Below are positions 30,305 through 39,585 of a DNA stretch of 64,000 nt, piece after piece. Under the pieces are notes generated by a model. It was not told the DNA's origin and did no database searches. It was given only the letters and a program-made list of their open reading frames with translations. A program made the translations under genes and the position numbers. The stretch's first letter is position 1. Each line of letters starts with the position of its first letter. Source of the DNA: Cognatiyoonia sp. (GTDB lineage Bacteria > Pseudomonadota > Alphaproteobacteria > Rhodobacterales > Rhodobacteraceae); the NCBI GenBank assembly GCA_042093895.1, contig JBELEI010000002.1, forward strand, positions 321,022-385,021. The letters run 5' to 3'.

Positions 30305-30933
30305 GTGTTGGGCGCATTATCACCGGCGATGCTTGTGTCAGCGAGGGCGCTGAGTGGTTGGCCAATTATGACGCTCGTTTTGCTGACGCTTTGGCCATTG
30401 TTGGACCGCTGCCGTTGCGGCGTAAACCGGATGGGTTTTCCGAGTTGTTGAACGCGATTGTAAGCCAGCAGGTCAGCGTGGCATCTGCCAACGCGATTTG
30501 GGCGAAGCTAGAGGCAGCAGGCGCGCATACACGCGCTGCTATCAACAAGCGCAGTGAAGAAGACATGCGTGCGTTGGGGTTAAGCCGACAAAAGGCGCGT
30601 TATGCTTGCGCGTTGGCCAAAGCCAATATCGATTACGACGCCTTAAGGGAAGCGCCAACACAGGACGTCATCCGTATTCTGACCGAAGTGCCGGGCATCG
30701 GGGCATGGACGGCCGAGATCTATGCGATGTTTTCACTTGGGCGCGCAGATATTTTCGCGTCAGGTGATTTGGCACTGCAAGAGGGCGCGCGGGTGCTGTT
30801 TGACCTGCCTGAACGACCAAAGGAAAAAGCGATGCGTGCGATGGCACAGGACTGGTCACCATGGCAATCGGTTGCAGCGCGCATCCTCTGGGCCTACTAC
30901 GCACATATCAAAACACGGGAAGGGATCCGATGA
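30301..30933 (+). CDS. DNA-3-methyladenine glycosylase 2 family protein (HhH-GPD)
   Basis: HhH-GPD features (LLNAIVSQQVS...VPGIGAWTAEIYAMF...GDLAL). The ATG at 30301 overlaps the cobK stop (ATGA). Confidence 0.8.
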   Translation: MSVGRIITGDACVSEGAEWLANYDARFADALAIVGPLPLRRKPDGFSELLNAIVSQQVSVASANAIWAKLEAAGAHTRAAINKRSEEDMRALGLSRQKARYACALAKANIDYDALREAPTQDVIRILTEVPGIGAWTAEIYAMFSLGRADIFASGDLALQEGARVLFDLPERPKEKAMRAMAQDWSPWQSVAARILWAYYAHIKTREGIR

Positions 30934-31598
30934 CACGAGCATTGAACGCAGGCCGCAAAGAGCCATTGTCTGGGGAACTCCGCTCTTGTGTGGTGTTCCT
31001 GCATGGATATGGCGCCAATGGCGCTGATTTGCTTGGATTGGCTGACCCACTTGCCGAACACCTGCCGGACACGCTCTTCTTGGCCCCTGATGCGCCAGAA
31101 GATTGCGACGGATCGCCAATGGGGTTTCAGTGGTTCCCGATCCCCTGGATCGATGGATCTTCCGAAGAAGAAGCTGCCGAAGGATTGCGCCGGGCCACTG
31201 ATGATCTGAACGCGTTTCTAGATGGCGTGATGGTCGACGAAGACTTGTTGCCTGAACAGGTCTTCGTGCTTGGGTTCTCGCAAGGGACAATGATGGCACT
31301 GCACGTGCTGCCACGTCGCGAAGATGCGGTTGCAGGCATCGCGGCCTTTTCTGGTCGTTTGTTGGAGCCGGAATTATTGACTGATGAACTGCAATGCCGC
31401 CCGCCGATCCTATTGATCCACGGAGATCAAGACGATGTCGTACCACCGCAATCGCTGCCACAAGCCGCCGAGGCGCTGCAACAGGCCGGTTGGAAAGACG
31501 TTTTTGCACATATCATGAAGGGCACTGGCCACGGTATTGCGCCAGATGGGCTGCAAGTCGCGCTCGCATTTATGCGCGATCGTTTGGGGATGGGCTAA
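30930..31598 (+). CDS. alpha/beta hydrolase (phospholipase/carboxylesterase family)
   Basis: VVFLHGYGANG, nucleophile elbow GFSQGTMMAL, and IHGDQDDVVP. The ATG overlaps the preceding stop (ATGA). Confidence 0.8.
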   Translation: MTRALNAGRKEPLSGELRSCVVFLHGYGANGADLLGLADPLAEHLPDTLFLAPDAPEDCDGSPMGFQWFPIPWIDGSSEEEAAEGLRRATDDLNAFLDGVMVDEDLLPEQVFVLGFSQGTMMALHVLPRREDAVAGIAAFSGRLLEPELLTDELQCRPPILLIHGDQDDVVPPQSLPQAAEALQQAGWKDVFAHIMKGTGHGIAPDGLQVALAFMRDRLGMG

Positions 31599-31659
31599 GG
31601 TACATGGCCGCTGCCAATTTGGGTTAGACACGGTTTTGATCGCGTAGCAGAAGGCAATT

Positions 31660-33006
31660 TCAAACGTTCGGACCCGGTCGCATTTTACTACCGTCAGTAA
31701 ACCGCGAAAGACGGAAGCGATGGAGATTATACCTAACATTTTCACCCAGCGCCAAAGACGCAAGCACACGTCCCATAGCGGGCCCGATGCCAAAACCGTG
31801 CCCTGACATTCCTGTACCGACCGTCAGGCCAGGTATCTTTGCAACGCGGTCAACGACAGGAACAATATCGGGCATGGTATCAATCATCCCAGCCCATGCT
31901 TTTTTTAGCCGGACGGGTGGCAGTTCAGGGAACATTTGCTCAAAGTCGCGGAGCAGTTTCTTGATTTTTGACGTGTTCGGTGATGGGTCAAGAATACGCA
32001 TCAATTCGAATGGGGTTGTATCCTCTGATCCCCAGTGCCGGGTCGTGCCCCATGCATCGGGAAACCCTTTTGGTGCAAAGGGATGAAATCTTTGCCCAAA
32101 AGGCTCGGCGCGCAACTGAGCCAAATATTTTGGAAAAGCGCGGAAGGCATCGGGCCCGATGAACAGCTCAGGTGCACCGGGCGGGGCCAATGTATATCCA
32201 CCATCGGTCCTGCGGCGAAATGCAACCTTTCTGGTTGCAGCTGCACCCGCATGAATGTCGGGTAGGGGTTCTGTCGCGGCGACATTTTCGCGTACTGACA
32301 GTTGCGGGATACTAATCCCGTGGTTGCGCAAAAACAGTGAAGACCAAGCTCCGCCTGCCAAGACAACCTCGGGCGCTGCAATATGGCCAGTTTCGGTAGT
32401 GACGCCAGCGACGCGGCCTCCGGATATGTCCAACATGCGAACGGCACAGTTTTCAACGATCTGGACACCTTCGCGCGCGGCGATGGCGGCCAAAGCAGGG
32501 ACGGCCACCCATGGTTCGGCACGTAGGTCGGTGGCGGTCACCAAAGCACCCTTAATGCTCTTGCTGTTCATCGATGGAAATTTTCTTGCGACGTCACTGG
32601 CAGACAAGATCTTGGTATCAAGATCGTTGGCTTTGGCGATCGGCAGCCAGTCTGCATAGCCTTGAAGTTGGGCCTCGGTTTGGGCCAGGTAAGTTGTGCC
32701 GGTTTGCCGTAACCCAATGTCGACATTGGTCTGGTTGGCCAATTCCTGCCAGAGCCTGATAGACTCAATCACGATAGGCAGCTCATCGGGATCGCGCCCT
32801 TGTTGGCGAATCCACCCCCAATTACGACTGGATTGTTCGGCTGCAATGCGACCTTTCTCCAAAAGTACAACACGATGTCCCGCTCGCGCTGCATAAAGCG
32901 CTGTGCAAACACCGATGACACCCCCGCCAATGACGACTAAATCAGCGTGTGAGTGCGCCGGTCCTGGATAGGTGATTGGCGTGTCGGTTGTGATTACGAA
33001 TGACAT
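31660..33006 (-). CDS. FAD-dependent oxidoreductase (DAO family)
   Basis: DLVVIGGGVIGV dinucleotide-binding motif. The ATG at 33006 is preferred. Confidence 0.8.
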   Translation of the reverse strand: MSFVITTDTPITYPGPAHSHADLVVIGGGVIGVCTALYAARAGHRVVLLEKGRIAAEQSSRNWGWIRQQGRDPDELPIVIESIRLWQELANQTNVDIGLRQTGTTYLAQTEAQLQGYADWLPIAKANDLDTKILSASDVARKFPSMNSKSIKGALVTATDLRAEPWVAVPALAAIAAREGVQIVENCAVRMLDISGGRVAGVTTETGHIAAPEVVLAGGAWSSLFLRNHGISIPQLSVRENVAATEPLPDIHAGAAATRKVAFRRRTDGGYTLAPPGAPELFIGPDAFRAFPKYLAQLRAEPFGQRFHPFAPKGFPDAWGTTRHWGSEDTTPFELMRILDPSPNTSKIKKLLRDFEQMFPELPPVRLKKAWAGMIDTMPDIVPVVDRVAKIPGLTVGTGMSGHGFGIGPAMGRVLASLALGENVRYNLHRFRLSRFTDGSKMRPGPNV

Positions 33007-33249
33007 TTTGGCTGTATTCCGATGAGGGCGCGAAAAATCGACACATCGTGAAGATGCATGAAGAAGTTTTGTTGTCAAATCTAGTAAGCTAGGTTCTGAC
33101 GAACGCCATATTTAAGCAAATCTGTGACAAGCTGAACAACATTTCGCGGTTGTTCTTCGAAATGCACCATATATAGTCTGCTCAAGCGGCCCAGTGCGGG
33201 ACCTCCCGCTCTGCGGCCGGCAGGCGACAGGGTGAGGGCGATTTTGACT

Positions 33250-33834
33250 ATGGACGGTGATTTTAGGACAGAATTTGTACGCGCACCGGGTGCACTGAAG
33301 CAATTTCCTGCTTTGGTATTGAACGCGGACTATCGGCCTTTGTCCTACTATCCTTTGTCTCTTTGGCCATGGCAGGACGCTGTCAAAGCTGCTTGGCTCG
33401 ATAGGGTGGACATTGTCAGTGAGTATGACGAAGTGGTTCACAGCCCAAGTACCGAAATCAGGATCCCAAGTGTGGTCGTCCTGAAAGACTATGTAAAACC
33501 TCAAAAGCGCGTGGCCTTCACGCGCTTTAATTTATTTCTGCGGGACGAATTCAAATGCCAGTATTGCGGTGCCAAAGGTGATCTGACATTTGACCATGTC
33601 GTGCCGAGAGCCAAGGGTGGCATCACATCCTGGGAAAACGTTGTTGCTGCTTGCAGTCCGTGCAATTTGAAAAAGGGCAGCCAGCTGTTGCGCCAGACGT
33701 CGATGAGTTTGCAAAAGACGCCGGGGCAACCACAGGCAGGGCAACTCATGAACCTTGGACGCAAGTTTCCTCCCAACCATCTGCACGAAAGTTGGATGGA
33801 TTTTTTGTATTGGGATGCAGAATTAGAGGCATAA
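33250..33834 (+). CDS. HNH endonuclease
   Basis: CQYCGAKGDLTFDHVVPRAKGGITSWENVVAACSPCNLKKG HNH motif. The start is uncertain (GTG 33232 or ATG 33250). Confidence 0.8.
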   Translation: MDGDFRTEFVRAPGALKQFPALVLNADYRPLSYYPLSLWPWQDAVKAAWLDRVDIVSEYDEVVHSPSTEIRIPSVVVLKDYVKPQKRVAFTRFNLFLRDEFKCQYCGAKGDLTFDHVVPRAKGGITSWENVVAACSPCNLKKGSQLLRQTSMSLQKTPGQPQAGQLMNLGRKFPPNHLHESWMDFLYWDAELEA

Positions 33835-33895
33835 CCCTTCGGTTTGTGGCGTGACGCTTCTAGACTATTCCTGACAGTCTGCTATTACGCAACTC

Positions 33896-33907
33896 GTTAG
33901 CGCTAAC
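33896..33907. promoter_or_regulatory. candidate LacI-type operator in the zwf leader
   Basis: Perfect 12-bp palindrome GTTAGCGCTAAC with a central CG, 19 nt upstream of the zwf ATG. Confidence 0.4.
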
Positions 33908-33925
33908 AAATATTCGGAGAGATCC

Positions 33926-35380
33926 ATGGTCGCACGCGTCATTCCAGTCGAGCCATTTGACTTGGTCATTTTTGGGGGCACCGGCGACCTTGCACGCCGC
34001 AAAATTCTGCCTGGGCTTTTCCGCAGGTTCTTGTCTGGTCAGATGCCAGAGGAATCTCGCATCATCGGTGCTGCGCGTACTGATTTTGATAGTGCGGGCT
34101 ATCGCGCGATGATCAAAGACGCGATTGCGGAGTTTGGTGGTGATGAAAAATCCGAGACCAAAGCCATTGCGGCGTTTCTTGCGCGTTTGGAATACATCCC
34201 GGTTGACGCACGCGGTACAGGTGGCTGGTCAGAGCTCGCTGAAATGGTGCGTGATGACGTTGTCAAAGCGTTCTATTTTTCGGTTGGACCGGGTTTGTTT
34301 GGCGATTTGGCTGAGCGTTTGCACACACACAATATCGCAGATCGCAAGAGCCGGATCGTTGTTGAAAAGCCCTTCGGTCGCGATTTGGAAACTGCGCAGG
34401 CTTTGAACAGCACGCTGGCTGAGCACTTCAACGAGGATCAGATTTATCGCATTGATCACTATTTGGGTAAAGAAACCGTTCAGAACCTGATGGCAGTCCG
34501 TTTCGGTAACGTGCTGTTTGAACCGCTTTGGAACAACCACTATGTCGATCATATTCAGGTCACTGTGGCGGAAACGGTCGATGTCGGTGGGCGCGGCGCT
34601 TATTACGACAAATCGGGTGCGATGCGTGATATGGTGCAAAACCACTTGATGCAGTTGCTCTGTCTTATCGCGATGGAGCCACCGAGCCAGTTTGGCGCCG
34701 ATGCTGTGCGCGACGAAAAACTAAAGGTCATTCGTGCATTGGAACCCGTTGAGCCGCATCACATTGTGCGAGGCCAGTATGAGGCCGGACCTGATAATAA
34801 GAGTTACCGCGAACACGCTGAAAACGAACGCAGTTTTACCGAAAGCTTTGTCGCGATGAAGTGCCATATCGCGAACTGGCGCTGGTCGGGCGTTCCGTTC
34901 TATTTGCGCACTGGTAAGGCGATGAAAGACCGTGTTTCTGAGATCACCGTTGTGTTCAAGGACCTTGGCCATTCGATCTTTGCTGAAGACGAAAAGAGGC
35001 ATCGCAATATCCTCTCGATCCGGTTGCAACCGAATGAAGGTATGGACCTACAAGTGACGATCAAAGAACCGGGACCGGGTGGTATGCGGTTGATCGATGT
35101 TCCACTGGATATGACCTTTGCAGATGCTTTGGGTGATGGCGTGGCGGATGTCGCTGATGCCTATGAGCGTCTAATTATGGATGTAATCCGGGGTAATCAG
35201 ACGCTGTTTATGCGCGGCGATGAAGTCGAAGCTGCGTGGAAGTGGACCGACCCAATCATCAACGGTTGGGAGGCACGAAATGACGTACCAAAGACATATG
35301 CACCGGGGTCAAGCGGACCCGAGGATTCGCTTTTGTTGATTCATCGAGATAGCCGAAAATGGCGTGAAATCAAAGGATAA
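33926..35380 (+). CDS. zwf: glucose-6-phosphate dehydrogenase
   Basis: 484 aa with FGGTGDLARRK and RIDHYLGKE signatures. Confidence 0.95.
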   Translation: MVARVIPVEPFDLVIFGGTGDLARRKILPGLFRRFLSGQMPEESRIIGAARTDFDSAGYRAMIKDAIAEFGGDEKSETKAIAAFLARLEYIPVDARGTGGWSELAEMVRDDVVKAFYFSVGPGLFGDLAERLHTHNIADRKSRIVVEKPFGRDLETAQALNSTLAEHFNEDQIYRIDHYLGKETVQNLMAVRFGNVLFEPLWNNHYVDHIQVTVAETVDVGGRGAYYDKSGAMRDMVQNHLMQLLCLIAMEPPSQFGADAVRDEKLKVIRALEPVEPHHIVRGQYEAGPDNKSYREHAENERSFTESFVAMKCHIANWRWSGVPFYLRTGKAMKDRVSEITVVFKDLGHSIFAEDEKRHRNILSIRLQPNEGMDLQVTIKEPGPGGMRLIDVPLDMTFADALGDGVADVADAYERLIMDVIRGNQTLFMRGDEVEAAWKWTDPIINGWEARNDVPKTYAPGSSGPEDSLLLIHRDSRKWREIKG

Positions 35381-35384
35381 ACCC

Positions 35385-36056
35385 ATGATCTTTGTGCAAT
35401 ATCCGAACCGCGATACTTTGATGGCGGAGTTGGCGGATATCATTGTTGGTCAACTCGCAGTGGCCATTGATAAGGACGGATCTGCGTCTTTGGCAGTGCC
35501 AGGTGGAACGACGCCGGGACCTATTTTCGATGTGCTTTGTGAGGCCAAATTGGATTGGGCGCGCGTGTCTGTCATGTTGACGGATGAACGTTGGGTTCCT
35601 GAAACGTCAGATCGCTCAAACACTCGTTTATTGCGCGAACGTTTGTTAATCAAAGAGGCCGAACCAGCGACCTATGTTCCGCTATACGCGGATGCTGAAC
35701 GTCCTGAACAGAAGTTGCCCGATCTTGATGCAGGGCTGGCGGCGCATCTGCCGCTGACGGTTGCCTTGTTGGGTATGGGCGCAGATATGCACACGGCCTC
35801 GATCTTTCCCGGTGCGGATAAACTTTCCGAGGCATTGAGTGGTGATGACAACTTAGTTGCGATGCGCGCACCTGGTGCGCTAGAGCCTCGGATTACACTG
35901 TCGGCAAAGGCACTGAATACGGCAGCACATAAGCATATTTTGATCGTAGGACCCGAAAAGAAAAGCGCCTATGAGCAGGCGTTGAATCTGACGCCTGATC
36001 TTGCACCTGTTGCCGCGATTTTATCAGGAACATCAGTACATTGGGCGGAAGGTTAA
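35385..36056 (+). CDS. pgl: 6-phosphogluconolactonase
   Basis: LAVPGGTTP...[15 protein letters not shown]. The ATG at 35385 is preferred. Confidence 0.9.
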   Translation: MIFVQYPNRDTLMAELADIIVGQLAVAIDKDGSASLAVPGGTTPGPIFDVLCEAKLDWARVSVMLTDERWVPETSDRSNTRLLRERLLIKEAEPATYVPLYADAERPEQKLPDLDAGLAAHLPLTVALLGMGADMHTASIFPGADKLSEALSGDDNLVAMRAPGALEPRITLSAKALNTAAHKHILIVGPEKKSAYEQALNLTPDLAPVAAILSGTSVHWAEG

Positions 36057-36060
36057 ATCT

Positions 36061-37659
36061 ATGTGGAATAAGTTAAGAGCGCACCATGACGCGGTTAAAG
36101 ATCGCCGGTTTGATACGATGGTCGATGCAGAACGTGCCTCAGCGTTCGCCGCTGAAACTCAGGACATGCGCTTGGACTATTCCAAGACCAATATCGATCC
36201 GGCAGGTCGTGATTTGCTGATTGAGTTGCTTGAAACGACGGGTGTCGCAGTAAAACGGAATCAGATGTTCAGTGGCGCGAAAATCAATGAAATGGAAAAC
36301 CGCGCGGTCTTGCACACGGCGTTGCGCAATTTGGATGGCGGACCAGTTATCGTTGACGGTCAGGATGTAATGCCGGGTATCCACGCAACGTTGGATCGCA
36401 TGTCTACGTTCGCCAGCGCCGTTCGCGATGGCAGTTTTTCGGGGCAAGGCGGGGCCATAACGGATGTCGTGAACATCGGGATCGGGGGGTCAGATCTGGG
36501 CCCCGCGATGGGTGTATTGGCACTCGCACCCTATCACGACGGCCCTAAATGCCACTTTGTCAGCAACGTGGATCCTGCTGATATTGCACAGGTTTTACGT
36601 GGTTGCGATCCTGCAACAACGCTGGTCATTGTCGCGTCCAAGACGTTTACGACGATTGAGACCATGACCAATGCGCGCACCGCAATGGCTTGGATGTCTG
36701 AGAAAGTCGAAAACCCTGGAGCACAATTCGCAGCACTGTCGACTGCCGAGGATAAAACAGCCGATTTCGGGATCGCAGCCGAACGCGTTTTCGGGTTCGA
36801 GGACTGGGTTGGTGGCCGATACTCGATGTGGGGCCCAATCGGTCTTTCCTTGATGATCGCGATTGGGCCCGATGCATTCCGTGCGTTTTTGCGCGGTGGT
36901 CAGGCGATGGATCAACATTTCCAAGCTGCAGAGTGGCACGAGAACATGCCTGCGCTTTTGGCGTTGGTCGGAATTTGGCACAATCAAGTGTGCGGTTACA
37001 CGACGCGCGCTGTACTGCCCTATGATAACAATCTCAGCAGGTTAGCAGCTTATCTTCAACAACTTGAAATGGAGAGTAACGGCAAGGGCGTGAGCATGAA
37101 TGGTGCCGATTTACCGGTGGATTCGGGTCCTGTTGTTTGGGGGGAGCCAGGCACAAACGGACAACACGCGTTCTATCAGTTGATCCATCAAGGGACACGC
37201 GTCATCCCATGCGAATTTCTCGTCGCGGCCCGAGGGCATGAGGACGCGTTACATCACCAACATCAATTGCTTGTCGCGAATTGCTTGGCGCAATCAGAGG
37301 CATTGATGAAGGGGCGCACGCTGGAAGAGGCGCGTGAAAAAGTAGCGGACAAATTTGAGGGTGATGAATTGGATCGTCAGGCGCGCCACCGCGTGTTCCC
37401 GGGGAACCGTCCGTCGACAACGCTAACGTACCCAACGCTGACGCCGTTTGTATTGGGGCAGATCATCGCTTTGTACGAGCACCGTGTGTTTGTCGAGGGC
37501 GCTGTTTTGGGCATCAATTCCTATGACCAATGGGGTGTTGAGCTGGGCAAGGAGCTTGCGACAGCTTTGCAGCCTGTCGTTGAGGGGGCAAGCGGGACAG
37601 AGGGCAAAGATGGCTCAACTGCCGCACTTGTCGAGTATCTGCAAAAACATGGTGTTTGA
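36061..37659 (+). CDS. pgi: glucose-6-phosphate isomerase
   Basis: About 532 aa, [10 protein letters not shown]...QLEMESNGK...[15 protein letters not shown]. Confidence 0.95.
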   Translation: MWNKLRAHHDAVKDRRFDTMVDAERASAFAAETQDMRLDYSKTNIDPAGRDLLIELLETTGVAVKRNQMFSGAKINEMENRAVLHTALRNLDGGPVIVDGQDVMPGIHATLDRMSTFASAVRDGSFSGQGGAITDVVNIGIGGSDLGPAMGVLALAPYHDGPKCHFVSNVDPADIAQVLRGCDPATTLVIVASKTFTTIETMTNARTAMAWMSEKVENPGAQFAALSTAEDKTADFGIAAERVFGFEDWVGGRYSMWGPIGLSLMIAIGPDAFRAFLRGGQAMDQHFQAAEWHENMPALLALVGIWHNQVCGYTTRAVLPYDNNLSRLAAYLQQLEMESNGKGVSMNGADLPVDSGPVVWGEPGTNGQHAFYQLIHQGTRVIPCEFLVAARGHEDALHHQHQLLVANCLAQSEALMKGRTLEEAREKVADKFEGDELDRQARHRVFPGNRPSTTLTYPTLTPFVLGQIIALYEHRVFVEGAVLGINSYDQWGVELGKELATALQPVVEGASGTEGKDGSTAALVEYLQKHGV

Positions 37660-37710
37660 CGGCCTTTGATCGGGTAGCCTGCGTGCAACAAAAAAACACA
37701 GGCAGGCACT

Positions 37711-38169
37711 ATGACACTCGAACTTATTAATTACGCAGTCATGGCTATTTTGGTCGCGGCCGCTTTGCTGGATGCGCGGTCATCCAAAATTCCGAATTGG
37801 CTGATCTATCTCTTACTGGCGATCTTTGGGGTTAAGGCCGCAGTATTCCCTGAGGCGATCGATATTTACTGGCAGATCGGCGCGGCTGTTATCGTCTTTT
37901 TGGTGGGGCTTGGCGCGTTTGCGATGGGCGCATTCGGGGCAGGTGCCGTTAAACTCAGCGCGGCTGTGATGCTGTTTATGCCTTTTGCATCTTGGCTCAG
38001 CTTGGCTGCGATCATGTTCGGTTTTGCTTTCGCATTCACCTTTATTTTCATGGGTGTGCGGGCTTTTTTCGGCAGCGAAGACAGCAACTGGGCATGCCTA
38101 CGAAAGCGTATCGTACCTTTGTCGTGGCCGATTGGCGCGACGGCCTTCGTAGGGATGTTTTTGCTTTAA
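37711..38169 (+). CDS. A24 (prepilin peptidase, CpaA/TadV-like) family membrane protein, possibly inactive
   Basis: 152 aa and polytopic. The first Asp motif is present (LLDARSSKIPN). The second motif reads GAGAVKL instead of GxGDxKL (Ala79, codon GCC at 37945-37947). Confidence 0.7.
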   Translation: MTLELINYAVMAILVAAALLDARSSKIPNWLIYLLLAIFGVKAAVFPEAIDIYWQIGAAVIVFLVGLGAFAMGAFGAGAVKLSAAVMLFMPFASWLSLAAIMFGFAFAFTFIFMGVRAFFGSEDSNWACLRKRIVPLSWPIGATAFVGMFLL

Positions 38170-38513
38170 ACAGCAGCTGTGACGATCACTTCTACCTTGT
38201 AGCCTGGCGTGGCAAGCTTGGCCTCGCCGGTCCAGCGCGCTGGCGCGTGACCTGGGGCAACCCATGTATCCCACACTGCATTCATCTCAGCAAAGTCTGC
38301 AATGTCAGCGACCCAAATTTGGGCAGTGAGTAGTTTGGTTTTGTCTGTGCCTGCTTCTGCCAGCAAGCGATCAACTGAAGCCAAAACAACTTCTGTTTGC
38401 TCGGTCACGGACGCGCCTTCGGCCCCAACTTGGCCCGCCAAATAAGCAATCCCGTTGTGAACAACTGCTTGGCTCATGCGTGCACCAGATTCGATGCGTG
38501 TGATGTCGGACAT
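38166..38513 (-). CDS. RidA family protein
   Basis: MSDITRIESGARMSQAVVHNGIAYLAGQV... The long ORF to 38648 runs through the tRNA gene, so the ATG at 38513 is preferred. Confidence 0.85.
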   Translation of the reverse strand: MSDITRIESGARMSQAVVHNGIAYLAGQVGAEGASVTEQTEVVLASVDRLLAEAGTDKTKLLTAQIWVADIADFAEMNAVWDTWVAPGHAPARWTGEAKLATPGYKVEVIVTAAV

Positions 38514-38537
38514 GATCTCTCTTTCAAATTGAATAAG

Positions 38538-38611
38538 TGGAGCGGGTAACGGGAATTGAACCCGTAACTTAAGCTTGGGAAGCTCGCGTGGTACCTTTTC
38601 ACCATACCCGC
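38538..38611 (-). tRNA. tRNA-Gly (anticodon CCC)
   Basis: 74 nt on the minus strand: acceptor GCGGGTA/TACCCGC, anticodon loop TTCCCAA, T arm ACGGG-TTCAATT-CCCGT, encoded CCA. The D arm is somewhat atypical. Confidence 0.8.
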
Positions 38612-38663
38612 ATGTGATTTGGATATGATGGGTGTCGCTTGGCGTCAACCAAGGGCAAATAGG

Positions 38664-39395
38664 TTAGGCGGCGGAAAAGCCAGTGTTTATCAATGCAACA
38701 TTTGGCACACAGTCGGAATAGCTACGGGCTGCATCACCAAAGATATAGCCAGCGTTGACACCCGTTAGCCAAATGTCAGCGAGTTCTGGGAAGAGATGCA
38801 ACAATTCGGCGCGTGCATCTTGATCTAATGATCCGATTGCTGAGGGACCCGGGTAGAATGCCTCTGTCAAAGCGCCTTCGGCAAAAACCAATTCATGCTG
38901 ATCGAACATGATGTGATAGTAAGTTACTTCAGTTACTTCGGAGTCGATATACGCAGCATCTGGTCCGAACATCTGTGGGATGTATTTCGCGCGGACCAGC
39001 TGTTCTTGCCCGTTAGAACGCAAAGCCATTCCGTGTTGGGGTGACACAGACATTGGTTTGCTGTTTCCAAATGTTCCCTTGGCAATTGTGATTGGCCGCA
39101 GGTGTGGATATTGCTCGAGATCTTCTTTGGAAACTGTTCGGCAGCCAACCCAACTCACGGGTTTAAACCCGTTATCGGCCGTTAATATCTGATCGCCAAT
39201 CTTGATGTTTTCGACCTTTACGGCGCCGTCTTTGGCTATGATCTCTGTTCCGGCTGTAAAGCAAGGAGCAGCATCGCGGTTCGTGGGTGTTTCACGCAGT
39301 GCTTGATCAATCAATCGCTTACGCGAATTCACCGCACGACTGGCGATGGATGCGAACTGGATAACATTATGATCCAAAATAGACATTTCGGACAT
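38664..39395 (-). CDS. Hint (Hedgehog/intein, Hint_2 / bacterial intein-like) domain protein
   Basis: 243 aa. After a 44-aa N-terminal segment the domain starts at Cys45 (CFTAGTEIIAKDGAVKVENIKIGDQILTADNGFKPVSWVG) and ends around HELVFAEGALTEAF. Confidence 0.85.
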   Translation of the reverse strand: MSEMSILDHNVIQFASIASRAVNSRKRLIDQALRETPTNRDAAPCFTAGTEIIAKDGAVKVENIKIGDQILTADNGFKPVSWVGCRTVSKEDLEQYPHLRPITIAKGTFGNSKPMSVSPQHGMALRSNGQEQLVRAKYIPQMFGPDAAYIDSEVTEVTYYHIMFDQHELVFAEGALTEAFYPGPSAIGSLDQDARAELLHLFPELADIWLTGVNAGYIFGDAARSYSDCVPNVALINTGFSAA

Positions 39396-39585
39396 ACCTC
39401 ATTAAAAACGCCACGGCCCCATCCGACGGCAAACATCACATGTCAGCCATTCGTTCCCAGATTAAGAATGGCTACAATCTATGATGTATAAACTAATAGG
39501 AGGTGTCCGTTTTAGGGCCAGCGCATGGCTAAACACGTCAAATTTGAGGAAAATTAACGCGTTCACCCTGAAATAAGGCAGCAGC

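Noticed and set aside
37678-37706. Hairpin GCCTGCGTG...CACAGGCAGGC after pgi as a terminator.
   Set aside because: The stem is imperfect with a bulge, the loop is A-rich, and no T tract follows. It directly abuts the start of the next gene, so it is not callable as a terminator.
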